Below are positions 1-12,773 of a DNA stretch of 64,000 bases, in pieces. Each line of letters opens with the position of its first letter. Positions within the stretch are counted from its first letter, which is position 1. The position numbers and the translations under genes are program-made. Origin of the DNA: the human T2T-CHM13v2.0 reference genome, Homo sapiens. The notes below the pieces were generated by a model. It was given only the letters and a program-made list of their open reading frames with translations, had not been told where the DNA came from and ran no database searches. Location of the stretch: the NCBI RefSeq assembly GCF_009914755.1, contig NC_060934.1; one strand, written 5' to 3'.

Positions 1-297
1 CAATCTTTCTTAGTACTGCTACTCCCAGAGGATATAATTTGCTTGATAGATGTGTTCTGGCTGCAGCTACTCAGGGTAGAGTGAGGGATTGTGCAAAAGC
101 CTGGGTGCACCAGTCTTTAGAAAAATTGCCACGAGGATAATAAAACCTGAAAGACAAACAAGACGAGGAAGGAAGGTGCTCTGTGGTGTACCTGGTCCCA
201 TTGCCCTGTGGCCGGTTGTGTGAGAAGAAATAGGAGTCAAGGTTCTGGGGTCTCACAGAGTGGGGGTGTGTGGCCATCACAGTGTCAATCGCACCCT

Positions 298-1153
298 GTG
301 GGTGGCAGAATATATTTCAGAGGTGGCTGCAGCCATATCCCTCATCCACCTGCTTTTCTATAGTAAGAACTTGCCACTACCCAGTCAATGGGTGGAGTCA
401 TTTCCCCTCCCTGGAATCTAGACTGAGCTTAGGACTCACTTCTAACTGGAGATGACACCCCACAACTTCTGAGACTAGGTTGGAAAAAGCCACTGAGCTT
501 CTGCCTTGTTCTGGGATACCTGCTGTGGGGGAAGCCAGTAGCTATGAATAATTCTGACCACCCTGAGCCCACAGTGCTAGAGAGGAAGGGTTTTTCTGGG
601 GGTGGGGGGGTGGGGTGGGGTTCCAGATCCTTTATTTTCAGAGCTTGCAACAGTTGGTTAGCAATGCTAGCTAAGCTGGTATAATCCGAAGGCAATCCAC
701 CTTTCTCTTTGGGCACTCAACCAACCGAATCTCTTTCTTACAAACAAGATCATTGACCAGTTAGGATCTGTCTCAATGTGTGTGTGGGAAGAGGTTCTCT
801 CCCCCACACTTTTCCCAACAAGATTGTTTTATAGCCAAATGCAAATCAAATCCATAACACAGCAACTAGTCATCTCCAGTATCACTGATTCCCCCCACCC
901 CCAGAATAGGAAGTTGAGGTAAGAGGGGAGAGACTGTGTCCTGTTATAAGAAAAATAATAGCAGGGGTTCCAGCTCCTGCCAGGGTTCCAGCTAACAGCC
1001 TGGTCAGTGGACAGCCATTGACTGTGCCCACATGAGAGATTCTAAGTAGGAACTACCTAGGCGATGAGCCCCTCTCAATTTCCTGATCCACAAATTCATG
1101 AGCAAAATAAAATGTTTTGAAGTAATTTGTTACGTAGCTACAGAAACTGGAGT
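298..1153 (+). mobile_element. Old MaLR LTR (MLT1G/H-like), split by a ~380-bp insertion at ~586-967
   Basis: 5' part reads tgtgggtggcagaat...ccctccctggaatct...tgaccaccctgag; 3' part reads cctgatccacaaattcatgagcaaaataaaatg...aatttgttacgtagct. Both resemble the MLT1 consensus. Confidence 0.6.
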
Positions 1154-1389
1154 ATTCTGAAGCTTTAGTTATCAGAGATACACTACATATTCTTAAAAAC
1201 ATCCTTCAAGCAAAATTTATTTCATTTCATTTCATGTCTTAAAAACACTTGGGAGCAGGGAGTAGGTTGTCACAAAATCAAACAAAGACCGAAAACTGTC
1301 TAGTAAAAATATGCAGCTTTAGGCTAGAGTAAAATGATAATAGTAATACAATTCTAATTTTTGTTTCTCTTCTGTCAGGCCCTACATAT

Positions 1390-1540
1390 ATATTTCATTG
1401 TTTAACTTTCATTCCAACTCTGTAAGGTGTGTCTATTTTAGAGATGAAGAAACTGAGGCTCAGAAAATGTTAAATGACTCATTATGTGCCACATAGCCAG
1501 AGCTTGGATTTGAACGTTGCTGGACCTGACTCTAGAGCCT
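1390..1540 (-). mobile_element. MIR SINE fragment
   Basis: MIR core in reverse orientation: attttagagatgaagaaactgaggctcagaaa...ggatttgaac. Confidence 0.7.
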
Positions 1541-1865
1541 GTCCTGCAGTGGCTGGAAGAGTTGTTAATGAGAAGAGTTAAATTACAGGATGTCCTGTCC
1601 TTGGATCCAAGGGTTTGGGACCCTTAGGTATCATTTAGTTCAATGCTGGGGACTCCTGGCCCATCAGGGCCACCTAGGGGAGTGTTTTAAAATCCACATT
1701 ACCAGACAATGTTCACTTGGAGTCTTAGGTCTGTGGTAGGGTGTTTTCTAGAAGGTTCTGACCCTTCTCAAATTGAAGTCTCTGATTTAGTTCAGCCTCC
1801 CCCATTGCAGAGGCCCTGGGTGGGGAAGCAGCTTGCTCCACAGCATGGAGTAGCTCAGTTGGTGA

Positions 1866-1925
1866 GCTGGGGCAGAGAGCAGAGGGGCAGAGAGCAGCTG
1901 GGGCAGAGACCAGGGCAGAGAGCTG
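1866..1925. repeat. Imperfect short tandem repeat, about 4 copies of GGGCAGAGAGCA-like units
   Basis: gctggggcagagagcagaggggcagagagcagctggggcagagaccagggcagagagctg. Confidence 0.75.
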
Positions 1926-2653
1926 ATGCCCAGAGAGGGTGCTCCTCCATGCTGCTCTAGAGGAATTTTGGAGGGCTGATAGCAGAAGTGACTTGCACCC
2001 CAGTGAGGGGATGCAATAGGGATTCTGTAATAGAAGTGCTCCAGATTTAGGGCTGGTGAAGGGTTGACTGGGTTCTGTGATGATGGCACTGCAGGAGTCC
2101 ATTCAGTCATCTGGCAAATAGCTACAAGCGATGCCTGTGTACCAGGCAGAGGCGCTGGGGGCCCAGTGCTGAGCAGAACAGTCATGGGTACCACTGCTTT
2201 TTGAAATTACATAAATACACAGACTTTTAGGACTTAAAACCTCAGAGTTAGGGGAGGCAGGGAGAGAAGGGGGAAGAGAAGGAGGGAGGGAGAGACAGGG
2301 AGAGAGACACAGCAGATGGGTGGATTTTAGGTCTCTTAGATATGCAATAGAATTGAGAGTCAGGCTGATCAAAGTGAGAATAGTTTCAGTGTCACCTGTT
2401 CAAAGTCCCAAATAGATGTTAACTTCTGTGGTCTCTGAGTGCCTACAGTGGCCCAGCAGTGCTACTGGGCTCTGGAGTGTCTCCTGCCCTCCAGAGTGAC
2501 ACTCTACAGTGACAGCCCTGGAGTGGCTCCTGCCCTCACACCCTCACAGGGGAGCTGAAGCTGCAAACAGCACATGCTCATACAACGTCCCAAATCTGGG
2601 ATAGAAAGCGGGGCTGTGGGACTCCTGATTCTGTCTGGAGACTGGGACGGCTT

Positions 2654-2766
2654 TAGGGTGACCAACTGTTCTGGTTTGCTCAAGACTGAGGGGTTTCCTG
2701 GGATATAGGACTTTTGGTGCTAAAACTGGAAAAGTTATGGACAAACCAAGACAGCTGGCCACCTTA
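2654..2766 (+). mobile_element. MER81-like hAT non-autonomous DNA transposon
   Basis: Terminal inverted repeats tagggtgacca...tggccacctta; ~113 bp; internal gactgaggggtttcctggga matches the recalled MER81 consensus. Confidence 0.7.
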
Positions 2767-3739
2767 GAGGGTTTCCTAGGAGAAGCTCAGCTTTCTCCTC
2801 CTCTCCCGCTCCCCTGCGCTCCTCATCTTGGATCATGGAACTCCTTTTCCCAGAAGCCCAAACCAGAAGCCTAGGAATCAGCTTCAGCCACTCCTGCCCA
2901 CAGGTTCTCCATGCCATCCATTTCCTCCCCAATCTGCTAGTCTCTCTTGTAGGGACAGCTGCCGCAACCCCAGCACCTCCCACTTTGCCTTCTCTTCTCT
3001 CCTCTGAGTCCCATCCTCACCATGGCCAGGGCCGCCATTTTGAATTGGAATTCTCATTCCATGCTCCTCTGCCAAACCTCTCCTTGGCTCAAAATCAAAG
3101 TCCTCTAGCCTGGCACTCACAGCCCCAAATGACTTGGCTTCTTTTGCCCTCTCCAACTGCATCTGAAGTGGTGCTGAACTTAGTTCCTCAGGTAAAGATT
3201 GGCTGGAGAGCTGGGAGGTGGCCTGATGGCTGAGATCTGAAAAAGCAAACCCCTGCATCTCTGCCCCTTTCTTCCCCCCAGTTTTTCTCTTGGCAGTGAC
3301 TGCTTTTCATTGACCAACCGATGAAGACAGCACACGGGCAGCTGTGCCAGTTACTCCCTCCCTTATGTTCCACCTCAAACCCATTTTGTTTTCAAGAGAC
3401 CATGCTGCTGCCCTGGCCTTGCCCTATTCTGACTTCAGTTTCCAGTTTACTTTGGAACCCCAAGTCCTTGGAGTCTTTGTACACACAAAGCTACTCCCTT
3501 ATGCATGGAATTGGTCCTTCTGGCAGGTAGTGATGGAAGAGTCTGCAAAGTCTCAGTGATTCTTTCAGTCCTTCCCAAGCCTTTGAACCAGCTGAGAACT
3601 GACAGCAGGGCCTGTCTCTTTCCCCTTCCCCAGCAGGCTGGATTCCCACCCTGAGGGTGCATAGAAGGGGGGCCTCCTTGGGAACTTCCCACAGCAACAG
3701 AACGCTCAACCTTCATGTACTTTTCTTTTTATGTTTCAG

Positions 3740-3848
3740 TTTTACAGAGTTTTTGGATCCGTTCCAGAGAGTCATCCAGCCAGAAGAGATCTGGCTCTAT
3801 AAAAATCCTTTGGTGCAATCAGATAACATACCTACCCGCCTCATGTTT
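3740..3848 (+). CDS. PLPP4: PLPP4 internal coding exon (likely exon 2), 109 bp, phase 2 to 0
   Basis: Polypyrimidine tract plus ...tttcag acceptor (AG 3738-3739) and gtaagt donor at 3849. Encodes FTEFLDPFQRVIQPEEIWLYKNPLVQSDNIPTRLMF, which matches the N-terminal part of PLPP4/PPAPDC1A as I recall it. Confidence 0.96.
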
Positions 3849-4035
3849 GTAAGTACCATGATTTCATTCCTTATTTGACTGCTCTCTCAAAGATGAACCA
3901 AATGGGTTTTCATCTTTGTTTTTCTAACCCTGAAGACAGTGGGTGGCCTGAGAGAAAGAGAAGGAGAGCAGCCCATCAAATTAAAATCCAGTTCCATGTC
4001 ATGATAAGAACTGCTTGGTCATGTGAGAAGTAGTC

Positions 4036-4581
4036 TGTTAGAAATGCTCATTCCCTGGTACCACAAAGAAATAGCACTCAAACATAAATTTAATTCTCTC
4101 AGCAAGGCCATTTTTACTTTCTGGAGAAAGGGTGCTCATCGCAGATGGAACAATGGCGGGAACATGCTTGAACAAAGGAGGGAGGCAATTTTTATCCCTT
4201 ATGCAGCTTGTCCCTGCTACTGTGTCCCGTCTCCATTGGCTGGAGCCAGACCTCACAGTCTAAACTAATACCCGATTGGCTAACAGCTGAAAACTTTCTT
4301 AAATAGGTAAAGGCAAGGGAGAACAAAGGAAAAGAGGAAGTTGCTTATGAAAGATTTAAAGAAGCAATAACATTTCCAAATAAGGAAGGGGCATAAGCTA
4401 TAAGCTAAGATTTGCCTCGGCCTGTCTAGACATGCCTGAGTAAGCCAAAGCAACTAACTGGGCTAAAGTGTAAGAACTAACAGTTGATAGGAGGCTTTAG
4501 AGTAAGAAGCTATTATTCCTAGTGCCTATTTTATTTTTAAACTAAGACGAGCTTTGAAGAGGAACTTTTCTACTTTCTACA
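4036..4581 (-). mobile_element. Solo ERV1 LTR, LTR10 family (HERV-I associated)
   Basis: TG...CA termini (tgttagaaatg ... tactttctaca), 546 bp, flanked by a perfect 4-bp TSD AGTC (4032-4035 and 4582-4585). Internal aaagaaatagcactcaaacataaatttaattctctcagcaagg is typical of LTR10. Confidence 0.85.
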
Positions 4582-4949
4582 AGTCATTGCCCAGTATTGT
4601 GGAATGAGAGAGGACTTGTTTGTCTGGGCTATGCTGAGTTACAGTAAAGGAAGACTAGAAGCCAGTGATGAGAATTTTCTGTCCCCTCTCTTTTTAGGAT
4701 AAGCCTTGATTCTGCCAAATGAAGGTACCCAGATAGCTCTGTTTAAACCTCTGTTCTGGTTTTAGCTGGTCAGTTTTTGGCCACTAATAAGACTACCCTG
4801 TGCTTCAACCTCTTGAGAGTGTCTTGTGTCTCTCTCCTTCTAGAATAAATGGGCAAGCACCCATAGAGCTGGTGAATATATTGAGATAAATTTTACCTCT
4901 CCCACCCCCAATGCCACATGGCAATTGCCACATGGCAGTTGTAACCTTT

Positions 4950-5170
4950 TACATTTCACTGCCTATATGCCAGGCTTTTTGCGGAGAGCTTAAGAAATGG
5001 TGGTCTAATTTAATTCCACCCAGCATCCCAGTGAGGAAGATGTCATTATTGTCCACATTTCACAGATGCAAAACTGCATTCCAAGAGAGATGAGGGAACT
5101 TGCCCAAGGTCACACAGCTAGTGAGCACAGCACCAGGTTCTAGCGGCCAGCTCTTGGAGCTCAGCTCTCA
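4950..5170 (-). mobile_element. MIR SINE
   Basis: atttcacagatgcaaaactg...aacttgcccaaggtcacacagctagtgag is the MIR core in reverse. Confidence 0.75.
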
Positions 5171-7265
5171 GCCAAGAGGCTGCCCTGAGGGTTGGGGGCA
5201 GAGTGTCTGGGACTCCTTGCTGATGCTAATGAAGCCCTGGAGAATTGGAGGATTACCATCAAACCTTTCTAGAACAGAGGAAATATTTAAGCTCCTCTTT
5301 GTTATGGAACGATAATGTCACTTTTGGATGGGCAGCCTCCCAGCAGTTTGAAGGTTATTCCTGTTGACCTGCCATGGTGTCTTGTGCCTCTCTGGGAACT
5401 GCTCCAGAAACTTCATAGACACACCGGGAACATTTTTGTATTTTGAAAGAAATCCCTCTGATTTTACAGAGGAAATTTTGTTAATTAGTGATGATTGGAA
5501 AGATCTGTGTTTTTGCAAACTCTTGGAAATGCCCATAATGCCAGCGAGCATTAAAGTATTATTTTAATTGCTTCTTAATAATTACTTTTCTACTGGAAAG
5601 TAAACTGGATTTTTATAAATCTTAGGGAAATTGACAAATTAGGGTGGTTGTGAGTAGGGAATTACTAACACATGACTACTAAAATCAGCCTTTTTTCATT
5701 TCTGCTGTAACTCAAATATTCTATAAATCCTAGATATAAAGGAAGCAGTGTGTGTGTAATGAGTTTACTCAATGGCTTTAATAGGGAGAAGCTTCTATTT
5801 ATCAGTTACTCCTATTTTTCATAACATTTTACATTTCATGTGTTGTAAAAACACAATTTGGAGATGAATGTTCATATGGGATGTTGTGAGAAATCTGTGG
5901 CTGTGTCCTAGATTTATGAACAATGGATTGTTTTGAAGTCTAGATACAAATGCCACAAATATTCTGGCTACAGACGTAAATACGATGGAGCAATTTGCAT
6001 GCTGGCGGTGGTAGAAATTAGTCAGTAGAGGGCTTATTCAGTGCTGGGGTTCTCAGAGAACAGAAGGATATTCAGCTACACATACTGATTCATACCCTCT
6101 ATTCTAATGAAATAAGTTCAACCTTTTATTTCATTAATAGCAGTTGATAAATTTCATTCATTTGGTCACACGATTTAGTACAATTCCATAATAACATAAG
6201 GAAAGCAGTAGATACATTTATAATACCTATAACACAAAGATGAAAAATATTTTGTCACCCCATAAAAAAGATTTGTTCTCCTGGGTTTTAAGAATTTAAT
6301 ATAAGGCATTATATTATTTTGGTCTTTTAAAACCTTCAGATGTTAGTAGAAGAATTGGTAATAGAACATCCATTTTCACTGATGTATAAAATGGCTTGAT
6401 TTTCTTTGAAAGCTCACATTTTTTCATTTACTACATAAAAAAATTCTTGGGGTCTCCTTTAATTTTGGTTGGAATGTTTTAATCTAAAGATGAACTTTCT
6501 TTCTTACCAAGGTGTTTTTTAAAGGTAGCTGGCATTGACTTGGATTTTCTTTTATTGGATAATGAATGCTTCTAGAGTCATCTGTGTGCAATTTAGAGGA
6601 GCCAATTCGGCAAATGTAACAAGAAAATTAACAGAATGATGGCTAGGGGATTAAGTGCAGAGTAAATGGTAATAATGTCACTGGAAGCCTCCTAACTTGC
6701 ACTTTCGCTGTCTGTGGCACCATTAGCTCAGGTGATGTCTGTCACTCTGAAAGTTGGGTGTAGTTGGAACTGTTTGATTCCAAGAGCTTGTTTCCCTTGA
6801 CAACCCAGTGTTCCTGTTGACCAGAGAGACTGGCTGAGAATTCTTTTCAGATGCACTCAAAAGTCTTGCTTAACATTTCTGGGATATGCCCAAGGCCTTT
6901 ATGGAAGGCTGTTTCCTCATTCAAAAGAGGTACCGGTTTCCTGCTGAGTGTGAGAGGTTTATCAGAATATTTTTTAAAACCTACTTTTTGTGTAGGACAA
7001 CTTAATCGGTATTAGTTGTTGCTTTTTGGTATACTTTTTGTTGTCTATAGTAGTTGTGTCTTTGTACATTCAGGGGACATTTTCAGGGAGCCTGCTGTGG
7101 GTAAAGAAAACCATAGGGGCTATAGGGGATGAGAAGTCCAATGAGACTTGGGAGGTACCCTCAGGGACCTTCCAGGATCCCTGGTACATTAGGATGGTAC
7201 TCTAATACAAAATGGAATCTGAAAAGGGCCAGAGGAGAGGCTCAGGTAAACTTCTAGGGAAGTTC

Positions 7266-7267
<2 letters not shown>

Positions 7268-7300
<33 letters not shown>

Positions 7301-7317
7301 TATCATCATCATCATCA
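7268..7317. repeat. (CAT)n trinucleotide microsatellite, about 16 units with one interruption, at the end of a MIR
   Basis: catcatcat...tatcatcatcatcatca seen directly. Confidence 0.95.
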
Positions 7318-7329
7318 ACAAGAGTAAAC

Positions 7330-7540
7330 ATTTCTTGAATTCAGGGGCTGTGCTTATCACTTTATAAAGAACATCTCAGTTAATCTTCAGAATCCTTTGA
7401 GGTCAGCACTTTTGTTAATCTCATGTCAGTGGAGAAAACAAAACTGAGGAAATTATACAGCTTGTCCGAGATTATACAACTGTCAGTGGCTGAACCAGGA
7501 TCTGAGCACTGGCTGTGAGTGCAAACTCTCACTTGGAGGC
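7330..7540 (-). mobile_element. MIR SINE
   Basis: gagaaaacaaaactgaggaaattatacagcttgtccgagattatacaactgtcagtggctgaaccaggatctga. Confidence 0.6.
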
Positions 7541-8917
7541 ACTCCGCTGTGATGCTTCCTTGGTGATTGGTTAGGTGGAGAGGCGTGTAAAGGCAGAGAA
7601 ATGGAGAGTGAGCCTGTGTGGGTCCTGTCAATAGGAGTTTGTTTGGAGTATCTATGCGTAAGGGCTAAGAAAGGGGGCAGGGATAGAGCTAGACTGGGGG
7701 TAGCTTTAGATTGGTTAATTACAAGCTAATTCAGTGGATGGTTATGAAACACTTGCCATGAGGAAAGATGAATAAGATATGGTTTCTAGTCTAGGGAGGG
7801 GCACAGACATGAACACAAGGTGAACAGTTCAGCATCACTAAAAAGCCTTGAGGAATAGGTAAGACTCAGTAAGAAGTTTAAGGAATGATAGGTTTTGCAA
7901 ATTTTTTCCTTGGCTTCCAAAAGAAATCCACCCAAGGCCTATTCTTTGCCCTCTTCTCTTTTTGCTTCGACCGTGATATGTCCAGAAGATACATTCTCAT
8001 AGACTATTACTGATAGATACTGTGTTGATTTGATACCAGGGTTTTCTATTCTGGGATAGGATGCTTCTAAGGAAGGCAGAAATAAAGTCATTTTGGGGAG
8101 GAAGAAGGAAGAAAAAGAGACAAGGCTGGATCATGATAGACAATTTAATTTTTAGGCTCTTTTTAAGAGTCTTAGACAGCTCTTTTATCTGTGATGGGAT
8201 GTAATTGTTTACCCAGAGCAGGGCCTTTTCCAAGTGTCTGAGTGTCTTAAAGTTGTCTTTATAATCACCCTGCAGCACACCTTTCTGTCAAAAGCCAGAA
8301 ATGAAGGCACTTTGGGCCCATTGTTTTGTTTTGTCTGTTGTGAATAAACCCCAGTGACAAGCTCCTCTCTGGCTAACACCCTCGCATTGAGGCTGCTCTG
8401 GCTTCGATCCCTTCTGGTTGTTAGAAGTCCTTGGCATCCTCATGCCCTCCCCCATCAAACACACTGCTTCACATTTTGTGGTTTCCCAGAAGCGCCCCGG
8501 CAGTGTCGTGCATGGTGCCTTACATCAGCAGGTGGGGATGACTCACTTTCTGGGTGCAGCACTGGCCAGGGATTGACGCCCCTTCCTGTGTTGATTCATG
8601 GGTGGATGCTCCATAACTTAGTTTGTCGTTTAGGGTATGGTCAGGGTGCCTGGGAGAGTTAGGCTCCCTCTTCTCTCCCCAACCTCCTCTTGCTACTCAA
8701 AGGTGCACACTACTTAGATCTAAGGGTGCAGGTGGGCTTGAATTGAAAATGCATCAATCCTATGTGTCTGGTGACAAGATCTTGATACCCTTTTAACAGT
8801 CTTTTCTAGAAAATAATGAAATACTAGTCAACAACCAGCATTTGCCGGATGCTAGCTCTCTGTTGGATCCTGTTGGTGGGCAGTTGGTTTGGGCTCCACA
8901 GTGGCCTACAAGGGGTC

Positions 8918-10090
8918 AACTCCCAGCTTTGCCATTCACTAGCTATGCAAATTTGGAAGATCACCTCCCCTCTTAGCACCTTACTTTCTTTATCTGTGAA
9001 AGGTGTCTTTAAGAACATGTCCCATCAAGCTCTAGAGAGCATCAGATGGGGGTGACAGACCTTTGGCACTTCACTTAGTGTGTGGCACCTAATCAGCATT
9101 CCATAACTATTAGTGAATTGAAATCCTGCCAATAATACTTGCCATGGATATTATTATCGTCATACCCATTTATAGATAAGGAAACTGAGAATCAAAGAGG
9201 TTACATGATTTGCTCAAGGACAAAGAATGGATAAGTGTCAGGAGCTAGGGCTGAACTCACCTCTCCTCAATCTGAGTCCATTCCGCACATTTTTTTTTGT
9301 ACAGAGCTCTGGCTTCCCAGCCTGTGGAATACATACAAAACTAGCCACATTCCAGATCCTGCTTAATGATACATACACTATCTCTTTATGTGGGCACTGT
9401 GCAGTACAATTAGTAACTTTAAAGATGGTGTTCAATATATAATCTCTGCCAGCCTCAGTTTCCCCATCTGTAAACTAAAGCTTTTGGGCTAAGGGAATCA
9501 CCGAGATTCAGGACTCCAACCCAGGAGCATGGCAACCCAGTCTGGGAGTCTTGGTCCTACTAGCTGTGTGCATTTGTGTGTTCACTCATCTCTCTGAGTT
9601 TTAGTTTGGTTATTTGTACAATGGGAATAATATTTTCCATAGCAGAATAGTTAGAAGATTGGAAAGTGTGAGGAAAGTCCATAACACGTAGTAGGTGCTT
9701 AAGATATGACAGCTGTCACTGAAATTTCTATGACTTATCTATGACCTGGAAACAAGCCTCCTTACCTTTCTTTTTTAACTTGGAAAAAAAGCATGCACTA
9801 TGTTTTATTTAATGTTTACTTTCTAGGGTAGGAACTGCTCTAACATTGTGGTCAAAAGTGCAGAGCCTAATTTAGATGGTCTGGGTGCAACTCCTCATTT
9901 TACCACTTGATTAGTTGTGTGACTTCCAGCAGGTTGCTGAACCTCTCTGTGCTTTATTTTCCTATGCATTAAGTAAGAAGCCTTTTCCATGTAGGATTGC
10001 TGTGAGAAGTGAATGAGTTAATTTGCATGGGGTGCCTAGAATAGACTATAGTCCTTAGTAAGTTCTCAGTACACGTTAGCCTTTGTTATT
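8918..10090. mobile_element. Cluster of MIR fragments (approx. 8918-9120 +, 9150-9270 -, 9540-9710 +, 9845-10090 +)
   Basis: Repeated MIR cores: cccagctttgccattcactagct, tagataaggaaactgaga, ctactagctgtgtg...tctctctgagttttagttt, gtgtgacttccagcaggttgctgaacctctctgtg. Confidence 0.65.
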
Positions 10091-11724
10091 GTAACCTAGG
10101 TATGTACATTCAGCAGCCCCATACTCATAACAAGTGAGCAGAACTCAAGTCCAAGAAGGGTTCAATATGTTCTCTGAATCCTGCAGCAGTGTTCGGCTGG
10201 AATTCTTTGTTTTCTCTCAGGTCTCAGTTAATAAGCTCTGACCACTCCCCATCTTCCTACCCTGGGCTCATCCTAGGATTTCCTAGGATTTGATTCTTTT
10301 AAAATTAGCCATGGAAACATTAACAGAAGAGAAAACAATACCAAGGGAGACTTTGCTTGCTCATGTTTTTCCTCCACCTCTGCCCATGTGTGGAGGTACA
10401 AGGGAGCATCCCCACCTTACGTCCCTCTGTACATCTTCATCTGCTCCCCTGGCTCGGGCAGCAGAACTGCAGCTACCAATGGCCTTTGTCGAAAGAGTGG
10501 AATGCTTATGCACTGGTTTCAATTCAGTCTGCTTTGCTGAGTGAAAGTGAGGTGGTGGGGTGCTTACTCGCTTCATTCCTCCTTTACCCAGTTCAGAGGT
10601 GTTTTGCCCTAGGAGGAAGTCGTTTTCCTAATGTGTTGGCTTCTGAAGTTCACCTCTTAATTCCAACTTTCATTTAAAAATGTTTGTGTACAAGGGGGTG
10701 AATGATACATGTAACTATGTCTCTATCCATCCTGATTCACGGACTGTGCTGCCCAAGGATATGGCAGATACATTTCCAGGAGAAGAATGAGACACTAGGG
10801 CCCATTGCTTTTAGGATAAGAGGAGGAAACAAGCCACATCTTGCAATCACACAGACACCTCTGCTGCAGCAACTCTGGGGTGGGAACCATGGCATTTTGA
10901 AGGCTGCATTCCCTTGCCTGGGAAGCCCTTGATATGGGGAGCCTTGGGCCCTCCTAGGTGCTTAGCATTGGCTCAAGAGCAGTTGATAGTGGTCCTAGAA
11001 AAGATACCAATATGCATCTACCTAGGAAATTTGCAGCATGAGTTAAATTAAGTCCAGCCTTGTTGGGGAAGTGGGGGTGAGGGTCCAATTAGGAAGAGGC
11101 AAGTTGAGGCAGGGCGCAGTTCTAAAGGAGACCACTGGGCCATCAGGCCATGAGCTTGGAGTCATTGGGCAGCTCTAATGAATTCTTCAGCCTGCACACC
11201 TGGCCTTGATCCTGAGCGCCTCCCACCTGGCACCCACATCTCCTATGTGGGCAGTGACTTTCTGCTCTGGAATTTCCTTTGGAAGCCTCATTGGGAAAGT
11301 CATCCCAACTTATACTTTTTTCTGGGGTTTCATTGTTGCCTAACCTTAGATTATACCAGCTGGGATTGCCTTGAAATGTTTCCTTCAAAACCATGTTGTT
11401 CTCCTATATAAACACTGACTTGGTAGTATCATTACTGGGTCGTCCACTATTTAGTGAGTTGCTTTCTCCTATTTGGGAGCACATTGCCTGGTCTGTATGC
11501 AGTGCTTAAAGGGACAGAAAACAGGAAGGTAAGCTGGTAGCCTTCATGTTTGGATTTGGAGAAACAAGGACTTCTTTGACCTTGACCATAACATTGGACT
11601 TTAGTAAGTGGTGCTTCAATTCTTGTTCTTTAAGCACTAAATGCATGAGACAAAAGTCTAAGGCATAATTCTCAATCATCAGCATCAGTACCATTTGAGA
11701 TATTGTTAAAAATGTACATTTCCG

Positions 11725-12090
<366 letters not shown>

Positions 12091-12518
12091 TTAGGTGTGA
12101 GAGCTGCCCAATAATTTATGGCACAGACTTACTGGACCTCTTAACTCAGGAGTGTTGCCCTTCTGAATAGCCCCCAGGGGAATCCTCTGTTTTCTCTGTA
12201 GCAGTTCTGAATCTCCTCTAGTGCATCAGCCCTTTAGCACCTGAATACCCTCCATGGTGGCAAGACTTGCTTATTTGACTTTTAAACAGTCCAAGTCATT
12301 CAGGGCCACAGCTGAATCATCAAACTGGTTACTACCACTTCTGGTCAGAAATAAATGGTAGCAGGTAAGGAGAGGGCTTTTTTCATGTCTCATACAAATG
12401 GCCTCTGAAGACAGTTCCCAAAGAGGAGTCCCCGAGATAATTTGAGCTCTAGCAGTCTGGTTGTAGTAAGGGTGTGGAGCATCTAAGCCTGCATTCATTT
12501 GGTTGAATTCTGTTTTTA

Positions 12519-12773
<255 letters not shown>

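Noticed and set aside
429-716. 95-aa minus-strand ORF (PKEKGGLPSDYTSLASIANQLLQALK...)
   Set aside because: Starts at GTG, runs through an AATAAA, a G-tract and into an LTR, and has no recognisable homology. Better explained as UTR-like insert sequence.
3657-3878. 73-aa ORF as a standalone gene
   Set aside because: Only 3740-3848 is exonic; the flanks are intron read-through.
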